64,000 bases of DNA, taken from contig JAUYBG010000005.1 in NCBI GenBank assembly GCA_030693205.1, forward strand, positions 9,017 through 73,016, read 5' to 3'. A program made the translations under genes and the position numbers. The notes under the pieces are model-generated. The model was not told the DNA's origin, searched no databases, and saw only the letters and a program-made list of their open reading frames with translations. This DNA comes from a bacterium (GTDB lineage Bacteria; Patescibacteriota; Minisyncoccia; JAHIHE01). Below are positions 17,065 through 27,012 of this stretch, piece after piece. The stretch's first letter is position 1, and each line of letters begins with the position of its first letter.

Positions 17065-17952
17065 ATGAGCGATGAAAAAGAAATAAAAAAACCAATAGAT
17101 CCGGAAAAAGAAAAAGCTGGCGAGATTAGAGGTGAAGCGCCGGAAAAAGAGCCAAAAACCTTAGAAGAGGAAATTAAGAGAGACGCGGTTGAAATAGAAA
17201 ACGCGAAAGCGGCTATTACAGAACAACAAGAAAAAGATGAGAAAACTTTGGCGATCAACGATGCGGACGAGTCAAATAAGGAAGAATTTAATAATGGGAA
17301 AAAAGTGATCGGTGAAAAAGTAAAAGCGGCGGAAGGCGAGTATGGGGAAGAAGTTAACAAAATACGGGGCGATGTTGCTAATAAAATAATTTATAATGAT
17401 AATAATATGGAAAATAAAGAAGGAGCAAGCCAAAATTTATCAAAAGAAGAAATAGGGGTAAAAGTGACAAAAATCAATGAACAATTAGATAGTGCGAGAT
17501 TAAGCCCTAGACAAATCACTGAATTAAAAAAAGAGAGAGAAGTATTGTTAAATATGCTTCCAGAGTATCAGGGAGATTGGGGAAAAGGACCGGGAGCGGA
17601 GAATGAGATTACCGATCTTGATGATAATAAAACAATAAAATCGACAGATAGAGAAAGTAAAACTAAAGAAGAACCGAAGGAATTTAAACAAACAACCTTG
17701 GATAAGATTGAGAAATTAATGAGAGACCCTAGCTCTGAACTTTTTATAATCAATAAAGCTGTAAATTTTGAAGAGGAAAAGATACCAAAGCTTGAATTTG
17801 AGCTTGCTGACACGGAGTCGTCGAAAAATAACATACAAAAGGAAGAAAGAATTAAATTCACAAAAGCTAACATTAGAGAACATAAAAAAATATTGGAAAA
17901 TTTAAAAATCAAGGTTAAAGAAATATTAAATAAGCTTGAAACGGAGGATTAA
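17065..17952 (+). CDS. Lys/Glu-rich coiled-coil hypothetical protein
   Basis: Highly charged low-complexity sequence (MSDEKEIKKPIDPEKEKAGEIRGE...), no TM, no catalytic motif. Confidence 0.4.
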   Translation: MSDEKEIKKPIDPEKEKAGEIRGEAPEKEPKTLEEEIKRDAVEIENAKAAITEQQEKDEKTLAINDADESNKEEFNNGKKVIGEKVKAAEGEYGEEVNKIRGDVANKIIYNDNNMENKEGASQNLSKEEIGVKVTKINEQLDSARLSPRQITELKKEREVLLNMLPEYQGDWGKGPGAENEITDLDDNKTIKSTDRESKTKEEPKEFKQTTLDKIEKLMRDPSSELFIINKAVNFEEEKIPKLEFELADTESSKNNIQKEERIKFTKANIREHKKILENLKIKVKEILNKLETED

Positions 17953-17994
17953 GCCGAATATTTATTAATAAAATAAAAATTAGAAATTTTAACT

Positions 17995-19494
17995 ATGCCA
18001 TATTTTAAAGCTAGAAAATTAGATTTTGAGTCAGGGCATCGTCCGGAGGTGGTATTGCGGGAAGAAGAGGCGCGGCGTTATGGGATCAGAAAAGCCGATA
18101 TTTTGAAAATAGTTTGGAAAAATAAAAGTTTTTTCGCCGCGGTTAATTATACTAATTCAAAAGTCGAGGAAGGAGAGATCGGGTTTTTCCGGGAAATTTG
18201 GCAGGATAGCAAGGGCAAAGCGATGAATAGCGCGGGGATAGTGGAAGTTTCTTTGATCAAAAGGCCGGATTCGATCAAAGCGATAAAGAAAAAATTATTA
18301 GGTTCCCCATTGAACTATAAAGAAATAAAATCCATTATCAAAGATATTAGTGACGGGCTTTTGGGCGACATTGAAACGACCTATTTCGTGGCTTCAAGCT
18401 TTCGGGGTAATTTTTCCGATACGGAATTATATTATCTCACCAAAGCGATGGTTGAAACAGGGGATCGGATGAAGTTTAAAGGAATAGTTGTCGACAAGCA
18501 TTCGGTAGGCGGACTTCCGGGGAATCGAGTGACGCCGATTTTAGTTGCCATTATGGCCAGCTTGGGTTTTACTATTCCTAAAACTTCTTCGCGGGCGGTT
18601 ACTTCCCCTGCCGGCACGGCGGACACGGTTGAAGTTTTTATGCCGGTATGCCTCGAAACGTGTGATATTAAAAGAGTGGTTGAAAAAACGGGAGGATGTT
18701 TGGTGTGGGGCGGCGCGCTTCGAATCGCTCCGGCTGACGATAAGATCATAAAAGTTTCTTATCCGCTGGTGATGGAGCCTTATAATAAAATGATCGTTTC
18801 AATTATGGCTAAAAAAGTCGCCATGGGCATAAAATATCTGATTATCGATATGCCGATTGGAAGAAATACCAAAATAAAAGACAAAAAAGCCGCTGATATG
18901 ATCGAAAGAAAAATGCAGTATATTGCGGGCAAGTTTGGCATAAAATTGAAAGTTATGGTTTCTCGGGTAATTGATCCTTCCGGCCGCGGGATTGGCCCGG
19001 CTCTTGAAGCGAGGGATATACTGAGAGTTTGGCAGCAAAAAAAGGATCGGCCGATGGATCTAGAAAAGAAAGCGTTGAAAATAACTTCCGCTTTATTGGC
19101 TTTAACCGGAAAATTCAGCGAAGTTGAAGCGCAGAAAGCCGCTCGAGAAAATCTTCGGTCTTTGAAAGCTTGGGATAAAGCAAAAGAGATAATCAAGGCT
19201 CAAGGCGGGAATCCTAATATCAATTCCGAGAAAATTAAATTAGGCGCGTATCGGCACAAAGTTAAAGCCGTGAAAAATGGGCGGATCGCTATGTATGACA
19301 ATAAAGCGATCATTGAATTTTGCCGGATTTTGGGAGCGCCGTCGATCAAGCAAGCTGGCATATATTTGGATAAAGTGATCGGCAATAAGTTTAAAAAAGG
19401 CGAAACGCTTTTTACGTTGTTTGCCGATAGTCCGGATCGTCTTGATTTGGCCAAAGCGGCTTTAAAAAAAGGAAATATTTTGAAGATAGTTTAG
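17995..19494 (+). CDS. AMP phosphorylase (archaeal-type DeoA; thymidine phosphorylase family with N-terminal extension)
   Basis: DKHSVGGLPGNRVTPILVAIMASLGFTIPKTSSRAVTSPAGTADTVEVF...VEKTGGCLVWGGALRIAPADDKIIKV aligns closely with Thermococcus AMP phosphorylase; the N-terminal roughly 90-aa extension is present. Confidence 0.85.
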   Translation: MPYFKARKLDFESGHRPEVVLREEEARRYGIRKADILKIVWKNKSFFAAVNYTNSKVEEGEIGFFREIWQDSKGKAMNSAGIVEVSLIKRPDSIKAIKKKLLGSPLNYKEIKSIIKDISDGLLGDIETTYFVASSFRGNFSDTELYYLTKAMVETGDRMKFKGIVVDKHSVGGLPGNRVTPILVAIMASLGFTIPKTSSRAVTSPAGTADTVEVFMPVCLETCDIKRVVEKTGGCLVWGGALRIAPADDKIIKVSYPLVMEPYNKMIVSIMAKKVAMGIKYLIIDMPIGRNTKIKDKKAADMIERKMQYIAGKFGIKLKVMVSRVIDPSGRGIGPALEARDILRVWQQKKDRPMDLEKKALKITSALLALTGKFSEVEAQKAARENLRSLKAWDKAKEIIKAQGGNPNINSEKIKLGAYRHKVKAVKNGRIAMYDNKAIIEFCRILGAPSIKQAGIYLDKVIGNKFKKGETLFTLFADSPDRLDLAKAALKKGNILKIV

Positions 19495-19699
19495 AAGACA
19501 ATGTTTCTTTGACACTATAACCGAATATAATTTAATTTTTATACTGCGGGGATTAGTCATTGATTTTTTATTACAATATATAAATTGTTTTGGCAATTGA
19601 GCGTGTGTTCATTGGTTATGTTTTTTACTCACTAATCCATGTCCTCGTAAAAAAATTAAAATATATTCGGTTTTTTTAATTATTTATTAAAAAATTAAT

Positions 19700-20233
19700 A
19701 TGACAAATTTTATAGTTCCGATTCTGGGAATTTCGGCATTATCCTTGTTCGCTTTTTGTTATTTTATTTTTACTTTTTTATTTGTTTATGCGTTGCTTTT
19801 TGGGGCGCCATATGTGCCAATTCCGAAATACGGTCTTGATAAAATGATCGAATATGCTAATGTTAAGTTTGGCCAGAAAGCGGTGGATCTGGGGAGCGGC
19901 GACGGAAGGATTATGATCGCTTTGGCCAAAGTCGGCGCAGTTGTGCATGGCTATGAAATCAATCCTTTATTGGTTTTATGGACTAAATGGAAAATTAAGA
20001 AAGAGGGGCTGGAAGGCAGAGCCTTCGTGCACTTGAAGAGTTTTTGGGATACAGACCTGTCCTCTTTTGATATTGTGACTCTTTTTGGTGTCAGAAAAAT
20101 TATGGGACGGCTCGAGGAAAAATTAAATAAAGAATTAAAGCCTGGCGCGAAGATCATTTCTTTTGGATTTTCTTTTTACGGCTGGGAATATTTAAAAAAA
20201 GAGCAGGCGACGTTTTTGTATGAGAAAAAATAA
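19700..20233 (+). CDS. Small class I SAM-dependent methyltransferase with N-terminal TM segment
   Basis: Motif I VDLGSGDGRIMIALAK, followed by the acidic GYEINP motif. Confidence 0.6.
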   Translation: MTNFIVPILGISALSLFAFCYFIFTFLFVYALLFGAPYVPIPKYGLDKMIEYANVKFGQKAVDLGSGDGRIMIALAKVGAVVHGYEINPLLVLWTKWKIKKEGLEGRAFVHLKSFWDTDLSSFDIVTLFGVRKIMGRLEEKLNKELKPGAKIISFGFSFYGWEYLKKEQATFLYEKK

Positions 20234-20235
20234 TT

Positions 20236-21192
20236 ATGGAAAACTTCTGGAAAAAATTAAAGCATCCGATAATTGCTTTGGCGCCGATGGCGGGAATTAC
20301 CGATCAGCCCTTCCGGCAGATTTGCAGGGGCTATGGCGCGGATGTGGTATATTCGGAAATGGCCAGTACGAGTGCGATTTTCTACAATAAGAAAAAAACC
20401 ATCGGTATTACGCGTTTTAACAGCAAAAAAGAAAGTCCGTATGTGGTACAGCTCTTCGGCGATAAACCGGAGCATTTTTTGTTTGCGGCAAAAATTATCG
20501 CCAAGCAGATCAGGCCTGACGGAATTGATATAAATTTCGGCTGTCCGGCGCGGAAAATCATCGCTTGCGGGTCGGGCGCGGTTTTGATGGATAATATAAA
20601 ATTGGCCCGTGAAATAATCGAGGCTACACTGGAAGGCGTGGCCGGAAAAATCCCGGTTTCAATAAAGATTCGCGCCGGTGTGAAAAAAACTACAGCGTTG
20701 GATTTTATAAAAAAAATCAAGGATTTGCCGATTAGCGCGATTATGATCCACGGCCGGACATTGGAGCAGGGCTTTACTGGAACGCCGGATTATGAGATGA
20801 TAAGAAAAATTAAAGAGGCGGTGGATATTCCGGTTTTAGCCAATGGAGGGATTTTGAAGCCGGAAGACGCGAAAAATATGCTTGAAAAGACCGGAGCGGA
20901 CGGAATTGGCCTTGCCCAGGGAGTTTTAGGCAAGCCATGGCTTTTTAAACAAGTGAAAGATTATTTGACCAAAGGTTCGTATGCCGAATTTGAATTATCG
21001 GAAATAAAAAAAGTGGCGATCAAGCATGCTGAGATGATGTATAAAAAACGAGGCAAGCAAGGGGTGATCGAAATGCGAAAACACTTAGCCTGGTATTTTA
21101 AAGGATTTTCCGGCGCCAGCGAGCTGAGGCAGAAATTAGTGCATGTAAAAACAATTAGTGAAATTAAAAAAATACTAAATACTATTTTATGA
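20236..21192 (+). CDS. dus: tRNA-dihydrouridine synthase
   Basis: IALAPMAGITDQPFR, INFGCPARK, catalytic Cys and FMN-binding TIM-barrel motifs. Confidence 0.88.
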   Translation: MENFWKKLKHPIIALAPMAGITDQPFRQICRGYGADVVYSEMASTSAIFYNKKKTIGITRFNSKKESPYVVQLFGDKPEHFLFAAKIIAKQIRPDGIDINFGCPARKIIACGSGAVLMDNIKLAREIIEATLEGVAGKIPVSIKIRAGVKKTTALDFIKKIKDLPISAIMIHGRTLEQGFTGTPDYEMIRKIKEAVDIPVLANGGILKPEDAKNMLEKTGADGIGLAQGVLGKPWLFKQVKDYLTKGSYAEFELSEIKKVAIKHAEMMYKKRGKQGVIEMRKHLAWYFKGFSGASELRQKLVHVKTISEIKKILNTIL

Positions 21193-22151
21193 TCATTGAT
21201 GAAGTGAAAATCAAGATTTCAGCCGGAAAAGGCGGCGACGGCATGGTGGCTTTTGATCGCAGTAAATTCAGCCAAGGGCCAAGCGGCTCCAAAGGCGGCG
21301 ACGGCGGAAGTGTTTATCTGGAAGGAGTTTCCAATCTCAACGCTCTGAGCCAGTTTCGTTTTACGAAAGATTTTGCCGCCAAAGACGGAGAAGGTGGAAA
21401 ATCTCGCCGGCTGGACGGTGCGCGCGGCGAAGAACTGGTGCTAAAAGCTCCGGTAGGTACTATTGCGCATAATCTTACAACAGGGAAAGATATGGAAGTT
21501 GTTGAGGTCGGACAGCGGTTGCTTTTAGCGCGCGGGGGAAAAGGCGGAAGAGGCAATTGGTATTTCCGTTCTTCTACCAATGTTACTCCGAAAGAGTTTG
21601 AGAGGGGAACGCTGGGAGAGAATTTTGATATAGTTTTGGAGTTGCAGCTTATAGCCGACGTAGGATTGATTGGTTTGCCCAATGCCGGTAAGTCCAGCCT
21701 GATAAATCTTTTAACCAGAGCGGGGTCAAAAGTTGCTCCTTATGCTTTTACCACTCTCGAACCGGTTCTTGGCGCTTTTTTTGATATTGTTATTGCGGAT
21801 ATTCCCGGTTTAATTGAAGGAGCGGCGGCGGGAAAAGGCTTGGGCATAAAATTTTTGCGCCATATTAAGCGGACAAAAGTTTTATTCCATTGTATTTCTT
21901 CGGAGTCGGAAAATTTAACTCGAGATTATAAGACCATAAGAGAAGAATTGCAAAAATACGATTCCGATTTGGCGAAAAAACAAGAATATGTTTTACTGAC
22001 CAAGACAGATCTGGTTGATGCGAAGGAAGTAACTAAAAAAATAAAGGAATTAAAAAAAGTCAATCCCGAAGTGCATCCTCTTTCAATTTATGACGAAAAA
22101 AGCATTGAAAAAATAAAGAATTTATTGAGTAAGATAAAAATACAAAAATAA
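21189..22151 (+). CDS. obg: GTPase Obg/CgtA
   Basis: Obg fold N-domain with GGDGG repeats (AGKGGDGMVAF...GGDGGSV) plus G-domain GLPNAGKSSL; 4-bp overlap with dus. Confidence 0.9.
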   Translation: MIIDEVKIKISAGKGGDGMVAFDRSKFSQGPSGSKGGDGGSVYLEGVSNLNALSQFRFTKDFAAKDGEGGKSRRLDGARGEELVLKAPVGTIAHNLTTGKDMEVVEVGQRLLLARGGKGGRGNWYFRSSTNVTPKEFERGTLGENFDIVLELQLIADVGLIGLPNAGKSSLINLLTRAGSKVAPYAFTTLEPVLGAFFDIVIADIPGLIEGAAAGKGLGIKFLRHIKRTKVLFHCISSESENLTRDYKTIREELQKYDSDLAKKQEYVLLTKTDLVDAKEVTKKIKELKKVNPEVHPLSIYDEKSIEKIKNLLSKIKIQK

Positions 22152-22285
22152 AATTTTCAGCCACTTGCTAATAATTGTATAAATAAGTATAATACCTCTA
22201 TACATTATATTTTTAAGAATTAAATATTTTTAAAATTTAGCATTTTTATTAAAATGTTAAATTGTTAAAATATTGAAACGGGTTT

Positions 22286-22477
22286 ATGAGAATTAAAATT
22301 GATCGGGAACTTTGCATCGGCGACGGCTCCTGCGCCTCAATCGCCCCAAAAACTTTTAAATTGGATTTGGAAGGTAAAGCGGTAGTGATCGATGATTACG
22401 GCGATGATGACGAAACAATTAAAATGGCCATTGAGTCATGTCCGGTGCAGGCGATTGTCATAGAAGATGAAAAATAA
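22286..22477 (+). CDS. Small ferredoxin (single Fe-S cluster)
   Basis: CIGDGSCASIAP...CPVQAI cysteine pattern of small 3Fe-4S/4Fe-4S ferredoxins. Confidence 0.7.
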   Translation: MRIKIDRELCIGDGSCASIAPKTFKLDLEGKAVVIDDYGDDDETIKMAIESCPVQAIVIEDEK

Positions 22478-22596
22478 GCAAAACGCAGAATTTGTCGTTG
22501 ACTTATCGGTTTATTTGGGTTTTTAAAGCAAATCCAAGTGTTTTTTCGCCAAAGCTATTGACTAAATATAGATTATAGGGTAATATTTAATAATCA

Positions 22597-22625
22597 TCCG
22601 CCAATGGGCGGACTGATTTTAATTT
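22597..22625 (+). terminator. Hairpin TCCGCC-aatg-GGCGGA followed by a T-rich run
   Basis: Seen between the ferredoxin and typA genes; weak U-tract. Confidence 0.3.
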
Positions 22626-22666
22626 TAGTTTAAAGTAGAGAAAAAAGAACAGAAAGTGCATTTATT

Positions 22667-24490
22667 ATGACCATTAAAACCACACAACCAAATATCCGCA
22701 ATGTTGCCATTATCGCTCACGTTGATCATGGTAAAACCACCCTGGTAGACGGTTTGCTCAAACAAACCGGGACTTTTCGCGTTGGGCAGGAAGTGGCTGA
22801 ATGTATTATGGATTCCAATGTGCTGGAGCGTGAGCGCGGGATCACTATTTTGGCCAAAAATGCGGCGGTGAATTATAAAGGCGTAAAAATAAATATTATT
22901 GATACTCCGGGACATGCGGATTTTTCCAGCGAAGTGGAAAGAGTTTTAAAAATGGCGGAAGGTGTCTTGCTTTTGGTCGACGCGGCCGAAGGTCCTTTGG
23001 CGCAGACAAGATTTGTTTTAAGCAAAGCGCTTCAACTAGGACTTCAGCCAATCGTGGTAATAAATAAAATTGACAGAAAAGATGCCAGAGTTGAAGAAAC
23101 CCTGGATCTGATCTATGAATTATTCATGGATTTGGGAGCAAACGACAAACAGCTGGAGTTTCCAATTATTTATGCGATCGCGCGCGAAGGAATTGCCAAG
23201 ACCTCAATGACCGAAGATTCCAAAGACTTAACCCCTCTTTTAGACAAGCTTATAGAATATATACCAGCGCCGCAAGTATCAGATGAAGGTCCTTTGCAAG
23301 TTATGATCACGGGACTGGATTATAATGATTTTGTCGGCAGGATCGGTATTGGTAAAGTTGTGCGCGGAAAGATCAAGGCCGGAGAAAAAGTCGCTTTGAT
23401 CAATATTAAAGGCGAGATAAAAAATTATCCGATAACCAAGCTTTATTCTTTTGATAAAATGGGAAAATGCGAAGTGCCGGAAGTATCGGCGGGCGATTTA
23501 ATGGCTTTGGCCGGTATTGGGGAAATATCAATCGGCGATACAGTGGCGAGTGTTGAAAAGCCGGAAGCGCTGGAACGAATTAAAGTGGAAGATCCGACGA
23601 TCACTATGGATTTTATAACTAATGATGGTCCGTTTGCCGGCCGCGAAGGAAAACTTATTACTTCCAGGCACTTACGAGACAGACTAACGAAAGAACTGGA
23701 AAGCAATGTCGGATTGAAAGTGGAAGAAACTGATTCGGCCAAAGCATATAAGGTTTCCGGCCGGGGAGTATTGCATTTGGGAGTATTGGTTGAGAATATG
23801 CGCCGCGAAGGCTATGAAGTGGCGCTTTCCAAACCGCAAGTTATTTATAAGGAAGTAAACGGCGAGAAACTGGAGCCAATGGAGGAGCTTCACGTCAATG
23901 TACTTGACCCGGATGCGGGAAAAGTTATCGAGCTTGTCGGAAAAAGAAGAGGCGAGATGAGCAATATGAAATCGCATTTGGGGCATACGGATCTGAATTT
24001 TACGATCAGTTCGCGCGGACTTATCGGGTTTCGCTCGGAATTTATTATGATCACTCATGGTACCGGTACGATGGATCACAGGTTTACCGAATATGGAAAA
24101 GTAAAAGGCGATATTCCTTTCCGGACGAACGGCGTAATGGTTTCGATGACCGGCGGAAAGGTTTTGGCCTATGCTCTGGATCTACTGCAACAGCGGGGAA
24201 AGATGTTCGTGAAACCGGGAGACGAAGTTTATGAGGGTTTAATTGTCGGTTTGCGGCCGGAATCCGGCGACCTGGCAGTCAATCCTTGCAAAGCAAAACA
24301 TGTTTCAAATGTCCGAAAATCAGGCGGCGAAGAGGCGATCGTGCTGGTTCCGCCGGAAGAAATGACGCTGGAAAAAGCCATTGAATTCATTGATGACGAT
24401 GAGTTGGTGGAAGTAACGCCGAAAAGCATTAGATTAAGAAAAAAATTGCTTACCGATAACGCGAGAAGAAGGCAGGAAAAAGAACAATAG
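22667..24490 (+). CDS. typA: Translational GTPase TypA/BipA
   Basis: AIIAHVDHGKTTLVDGLLKQTGTF, DTPGHADF, NKIDR; EF-G-like domain architecture; 607 aa. Confidence 0.92.
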   Translation: MTIKTTQPNIRNVAIIAHVDHGKTTLVDGLLKQTGTFRVGQEVAECIMDSNVLERERGITILAKNAAVNYKGVKINIIDTPGHADFSSEVERVLKMAEGVLLLVDAAEGPLAQTRFVLSKALQLGLQPIVVINKIDRKDARVEETLDLIYELFMDLGANDKQLEFPIIYAIAREGIAKTSMTEDSKDLTPLLDKLIEYIPAPQVSDEGPLQVMITGLDYNDFVGRIGIGKVVRGKIKAGEKVALINIKGEIKNYPITKLYSFDKMGKCEVPEVSAGDLMALAGIGEISIGDTVASVEKPEALERIKVEDPTITMDFITNDGPFAGREGKLITSRHLRDRLTKELESNVGLKVEETDSAKAYKVSGRGVLHLGVLVENMRREGYEVALSKPQVIYKEVNGEKLEPMEELHVNVLDPDAGKVIELVGKRRGEMSNMKSHLGHTDLNFTISSRGLIGFRSEFIMITHGTGTMDHRFTEYGKVKGDIPFRTNGVMVSMTGGKVLAYALDLLQQRGKMFVKPGDEVYEGLIVGLRPESGDLAVNPCKAKHVSNVRKSGGEEAIVLVPPEEMTLEKAIEFIDDDELVEVTPKSIRLRKKLLTDNARRRQEKEQ

Positions 24491-24507
24491 AATTTTGAAT
24501 AATATAA

Positions 24508-24536
24508 AAGAGCGGCGGATCCGCTTTTTTATTATT
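24508..24536 (+). terminator. Intrinsic terminator after typA
   Basis: AGCGG-cggat-CCGCT followed by TTTTTTATT. Confidence 0.6.
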
Positions 24537-24541
24537 TATTA

Positions 24542-24569
24542 TTGACATTTGTATAATATCTGCTATAAT
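24542..24569 (+). promoter_or_regulatory. Sigma70-type promoter (TTGACA, 16-nt spacer, TATAAT)
   Basis: TTGACA at 24542-24547, TATAAT at 24564-24569, upstream of the CDS at 24628. Confidence 0.5.
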
Positions 24570-24627
24570 GAAAAGTCTTTCAAAACGATCATAAAATTGT
24601 AATTTAAAAGACAAAACAGGAGGGAAT

Positions 24628-25002
24628 TTGGTGAGAAAAAAGAATGGGTATAAGTATAGGCCACTATCGACACATGTACTATTTGATGAAGCGACTGTCG
24701 TCGCAATCGGTCAGATGTTTAATGAGGAGGATCCCGATCAAATAAAATTTTTTGAGAAAAATATTCGCGCGTATTATTCAGAGCAAGATTGTCCTCTTGT
24801 GCTGGAAGCAATGCAAGAAGTAAAAAATGAAACAAAGGGAACAGATATAAAGAGAGTGGAATTTATTGCAAGCGTGAATAGGCGGTATGAAAAAAAGCTT
24901 GAAAAAAGGATAAAAGAAAGAAATAGAAGAAAAAATTTAAAAAAACGCAGAGCAAAGAAGAGAAAAGGCGGGGCAAAAAGCCTCAGTAGTCAAAACCTTT
25001 GA
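24628..25002 (+). CDS. Hypothetical protein with a strongly basic C-terminal tail
   Basis: GTG start preceded by AGGAGGG; C-terminus RIKERNRRKNLKKRRAKKRKGG. Confidence 0.4.
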   Translation: MVRKKNGYKYRPLSTHVLFDEATVVAIGQMFNEEDPDQIKFFEKNIRAYYSEQDCPLVLEAMQEVKNETKGTDIKRVEFIASVNRRYEKKLEKRIKERNRRKNLKKRRAKKRKGGAKSLSSQNL

Positions 25003-25093
25003 TCTTCTTTTTTATTTTGACACCTTAACAAATTATTGCTACCATATAATAAAATCATACTTTTTTATTATATTTAAGACATAACACAAAACT

Positions 25094-26416
25094 ATGCTCG
25101 ATATAAGATTTATCAGAGAAAACAAAGAAGAAATCAAAAAAGCGGCAAAGAATAAGCATGTTGATTTGGATTTGAAGCGGCTTTTGGCGCTTGATGATAA
25201 ACGTTTGAAAGCTATGCAAGAAGTTGAAGGCTTGCAGGCGGAAAAGAACAAGATCAATGATTCCATTCGCTCGGCGAAAAATAAGAACGAGAGGGCTAAA
25301 ATTATCGCAGGGGGAAAGAAAATTAAAAGCAAGATTGATCTGGTGGAGCCGGATTATAATAAGATTTTAAGCGAATACAATTCCTTAATGATAAAAGTTC
25401 CGACTATTCCTTCAGCTGATACGCCGATAGGAAAGGGCGAAGAGGATAATAAGGAAGTTTATGTTTGGGGAGAGAAGCCAAAATTCGACTTCAAGCCGAA
25501 AGACCATATTGAGATCGGAAAAAACCTGGATCTTTTAGATTTGGAGCGCGGCAAGAAGGTGGCCGGTTATCGGGGTTATTACTTGAAAAACGAAGGCGCG
25601 CTTTTGGCGATGGGGCTTATGATGTACGCGCTTAAAAAAATGGTTCAAAGTGGATATACGCCGATAATCCCACCGACTCTAGTGAAAGGCGGAGCGCTTT
25701 TTGGCAGCGGGTATTTCAAAGGATTGGAATATAGTGATGAAGTAGATGAAATATATCAGATTGCCAGTCAGGATAAAGAGGTGGATGGTGCAGCTAGCAA
25801 AGAAAGGAAATTTTTAGTGGGTACATCAGAGCCGTCGCTTTTGGCATATTATGGGGGAGAGGTTTTGGAGGAGAAAAATTTACCGCTTAAAATGACAGGC
25901 TATAGTCAATGTTATCGAAGCGAGATAGGAAGTTATGGCCGGGATACGAAAGGAATTTATCGCGTTCATGAATTTATGAAAGTAGAACAGGTGGTATTTT
26001 GCAAGGCTGATAAAAAAGAGGCGGAGAAATTACAAGATGAAATGTTGGGTATTTCTCAGGAAATCTTGGAAGACTTGGGCTTGCCGTATCGAAAAATTAT
26101 TATTTGCACCGGGGATCTGAGTGCCGGCAAGTATCGGCAATACGATCTGGAAGTGTGGCTGGCGGCGAATAGCTGGTATCGGGAGAGCGGTTCGGCAAGT
26201 ATTTTTCTGGACTGGCAGTCGCGCCGTTTGGACGTGAAGTATAAGGATGCGAATGATAAAAAGCAATATGTTTATATGCTGAATAACACCGCCATTGCCA
26301 CGCCGCGTGTTTTGATTGGGATTTTGGAAAATTATCAGCAGAAAGATGGAACGGTGCGGGTGCCGAAAGCGCTCGTGGAATATGTGGGGAAAGAGATAAT
26401 AAGGCCGAGAAAATAA
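25094..26416 (+). CDS. serS: Seryl-tRNA synthetase
   Basis: N-terminal coiled-coil arm (MLDIRFIRENKEEIKKAAKNK...), class II motifs, 440 aa. Confidence 0.9.
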   Translation: MLDIRFIRENKEEIKKAAKNKHVDLDLKRLLALDDKRLKAMQEVEGLQAEKNKINDSIRSAKNKNERAKIIAGGKKIKSKIDLVEPDYNKILSEYNSLMIKVPTIPSADTPIGKGEEDNKEVYVWGEKPKFDFKPKDHIEIGKNLDLLDLERGKKVAGYRGYYLKNEGALLAMGLMMYALKKMVQSGYTPIIPPTLVKGGALFGSGYFKGLEYSDEVDEIYQIASQDKEVDGAASKERKFLVGTSEPSLLAYYGGEVLEEKNLPLKMTGYSQCYRSEIGSYGRDTKGIYRVHEFMKVEQVVFCKADKKEAEKLQDEMLGISQEILEDLGLPYRKIIICTGDLSAGKYRQYDLEVWLAANSWYRESGSASIFLDWQSRRLDVKYKDANDKKQYVYMLNNTAIATPRVLIGILENYQQKDGTVRVPKALVEYVGKEIIRPRK

Positions 26417-26420
26417 GAAT

Positions 26421-27008
26421 TTGATTCTAATAAATAATCTTACAAATATGGAACAATTCGAAACTTTTCTAAGCAATTTTTTAAAAAACTACGGAAACGG
26501 AATTTTTTGGATTTTGATTCTGATAATTTTTGACAGAGTTTTTTTAAAGATAGCGGTGAAGCGGTTAGTTAAGCTGATTATTAAATTTGATTTTAGTAAA
26601 AACGGCGCGAAAGAAAAATTAGAGATGAAAATGAAAACACTGGGAGGCGTGGCGGTTAATACAGGGAATATGCTGATTCTGTTTGCCATTGTTTTGATTT
26701 TACTGCGGATGTTCAAAGTTGACACGGGACCGGTTTTGGCAGGAGCCGGCATTATCGGATTGGTTATAGGTTTTGGAACCCAATCCTTAATCAAGGACTT
26801 CGTGTCGGGACTTTTTATTTTAATAGAGAATCAATATAATGTCGGCGATCGGGTGAAAATCGGGACATTTGAAGGCAAGGTTAAAAAAATCACGATACGC
26901 TCCACGATTTTAGAAGATAATGAAGGCAGGATTATTTATTTGCCTAACGGAATCATTACCACGGTTATAAATTATTCACAAGGTTTGCCGCCCGGGAAAA
27001 CGGCTTAA
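26421..27008 (+). CDS. Small-conductance mechanosensitive channel (MscS family)
   Basis: TM3-beta domain motif GAGIIGLVIGFGTQSLIKDFVSGLFILIENQYNVGDRVKI. Confidence 0.8.
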   Translation: MILINNLTNMEQFETFLSNFLKNYGNGIFWILILIIFDRVFLKIAVKRLVKLIIKFDFSKNGAKEKLEMKMKTLGGVAVNTGNMLILFAIVLILLRMFKVDTGPVLAGAGIIGLVIGFGTQSLIKDFVSGLFILIENQYNVGDRVKIGTFEGKVKKITIRSTILEDNEGRIIYLPNGIITTVINYSQGLPPGKTA

Positions 27009-27012
27009 TTTT

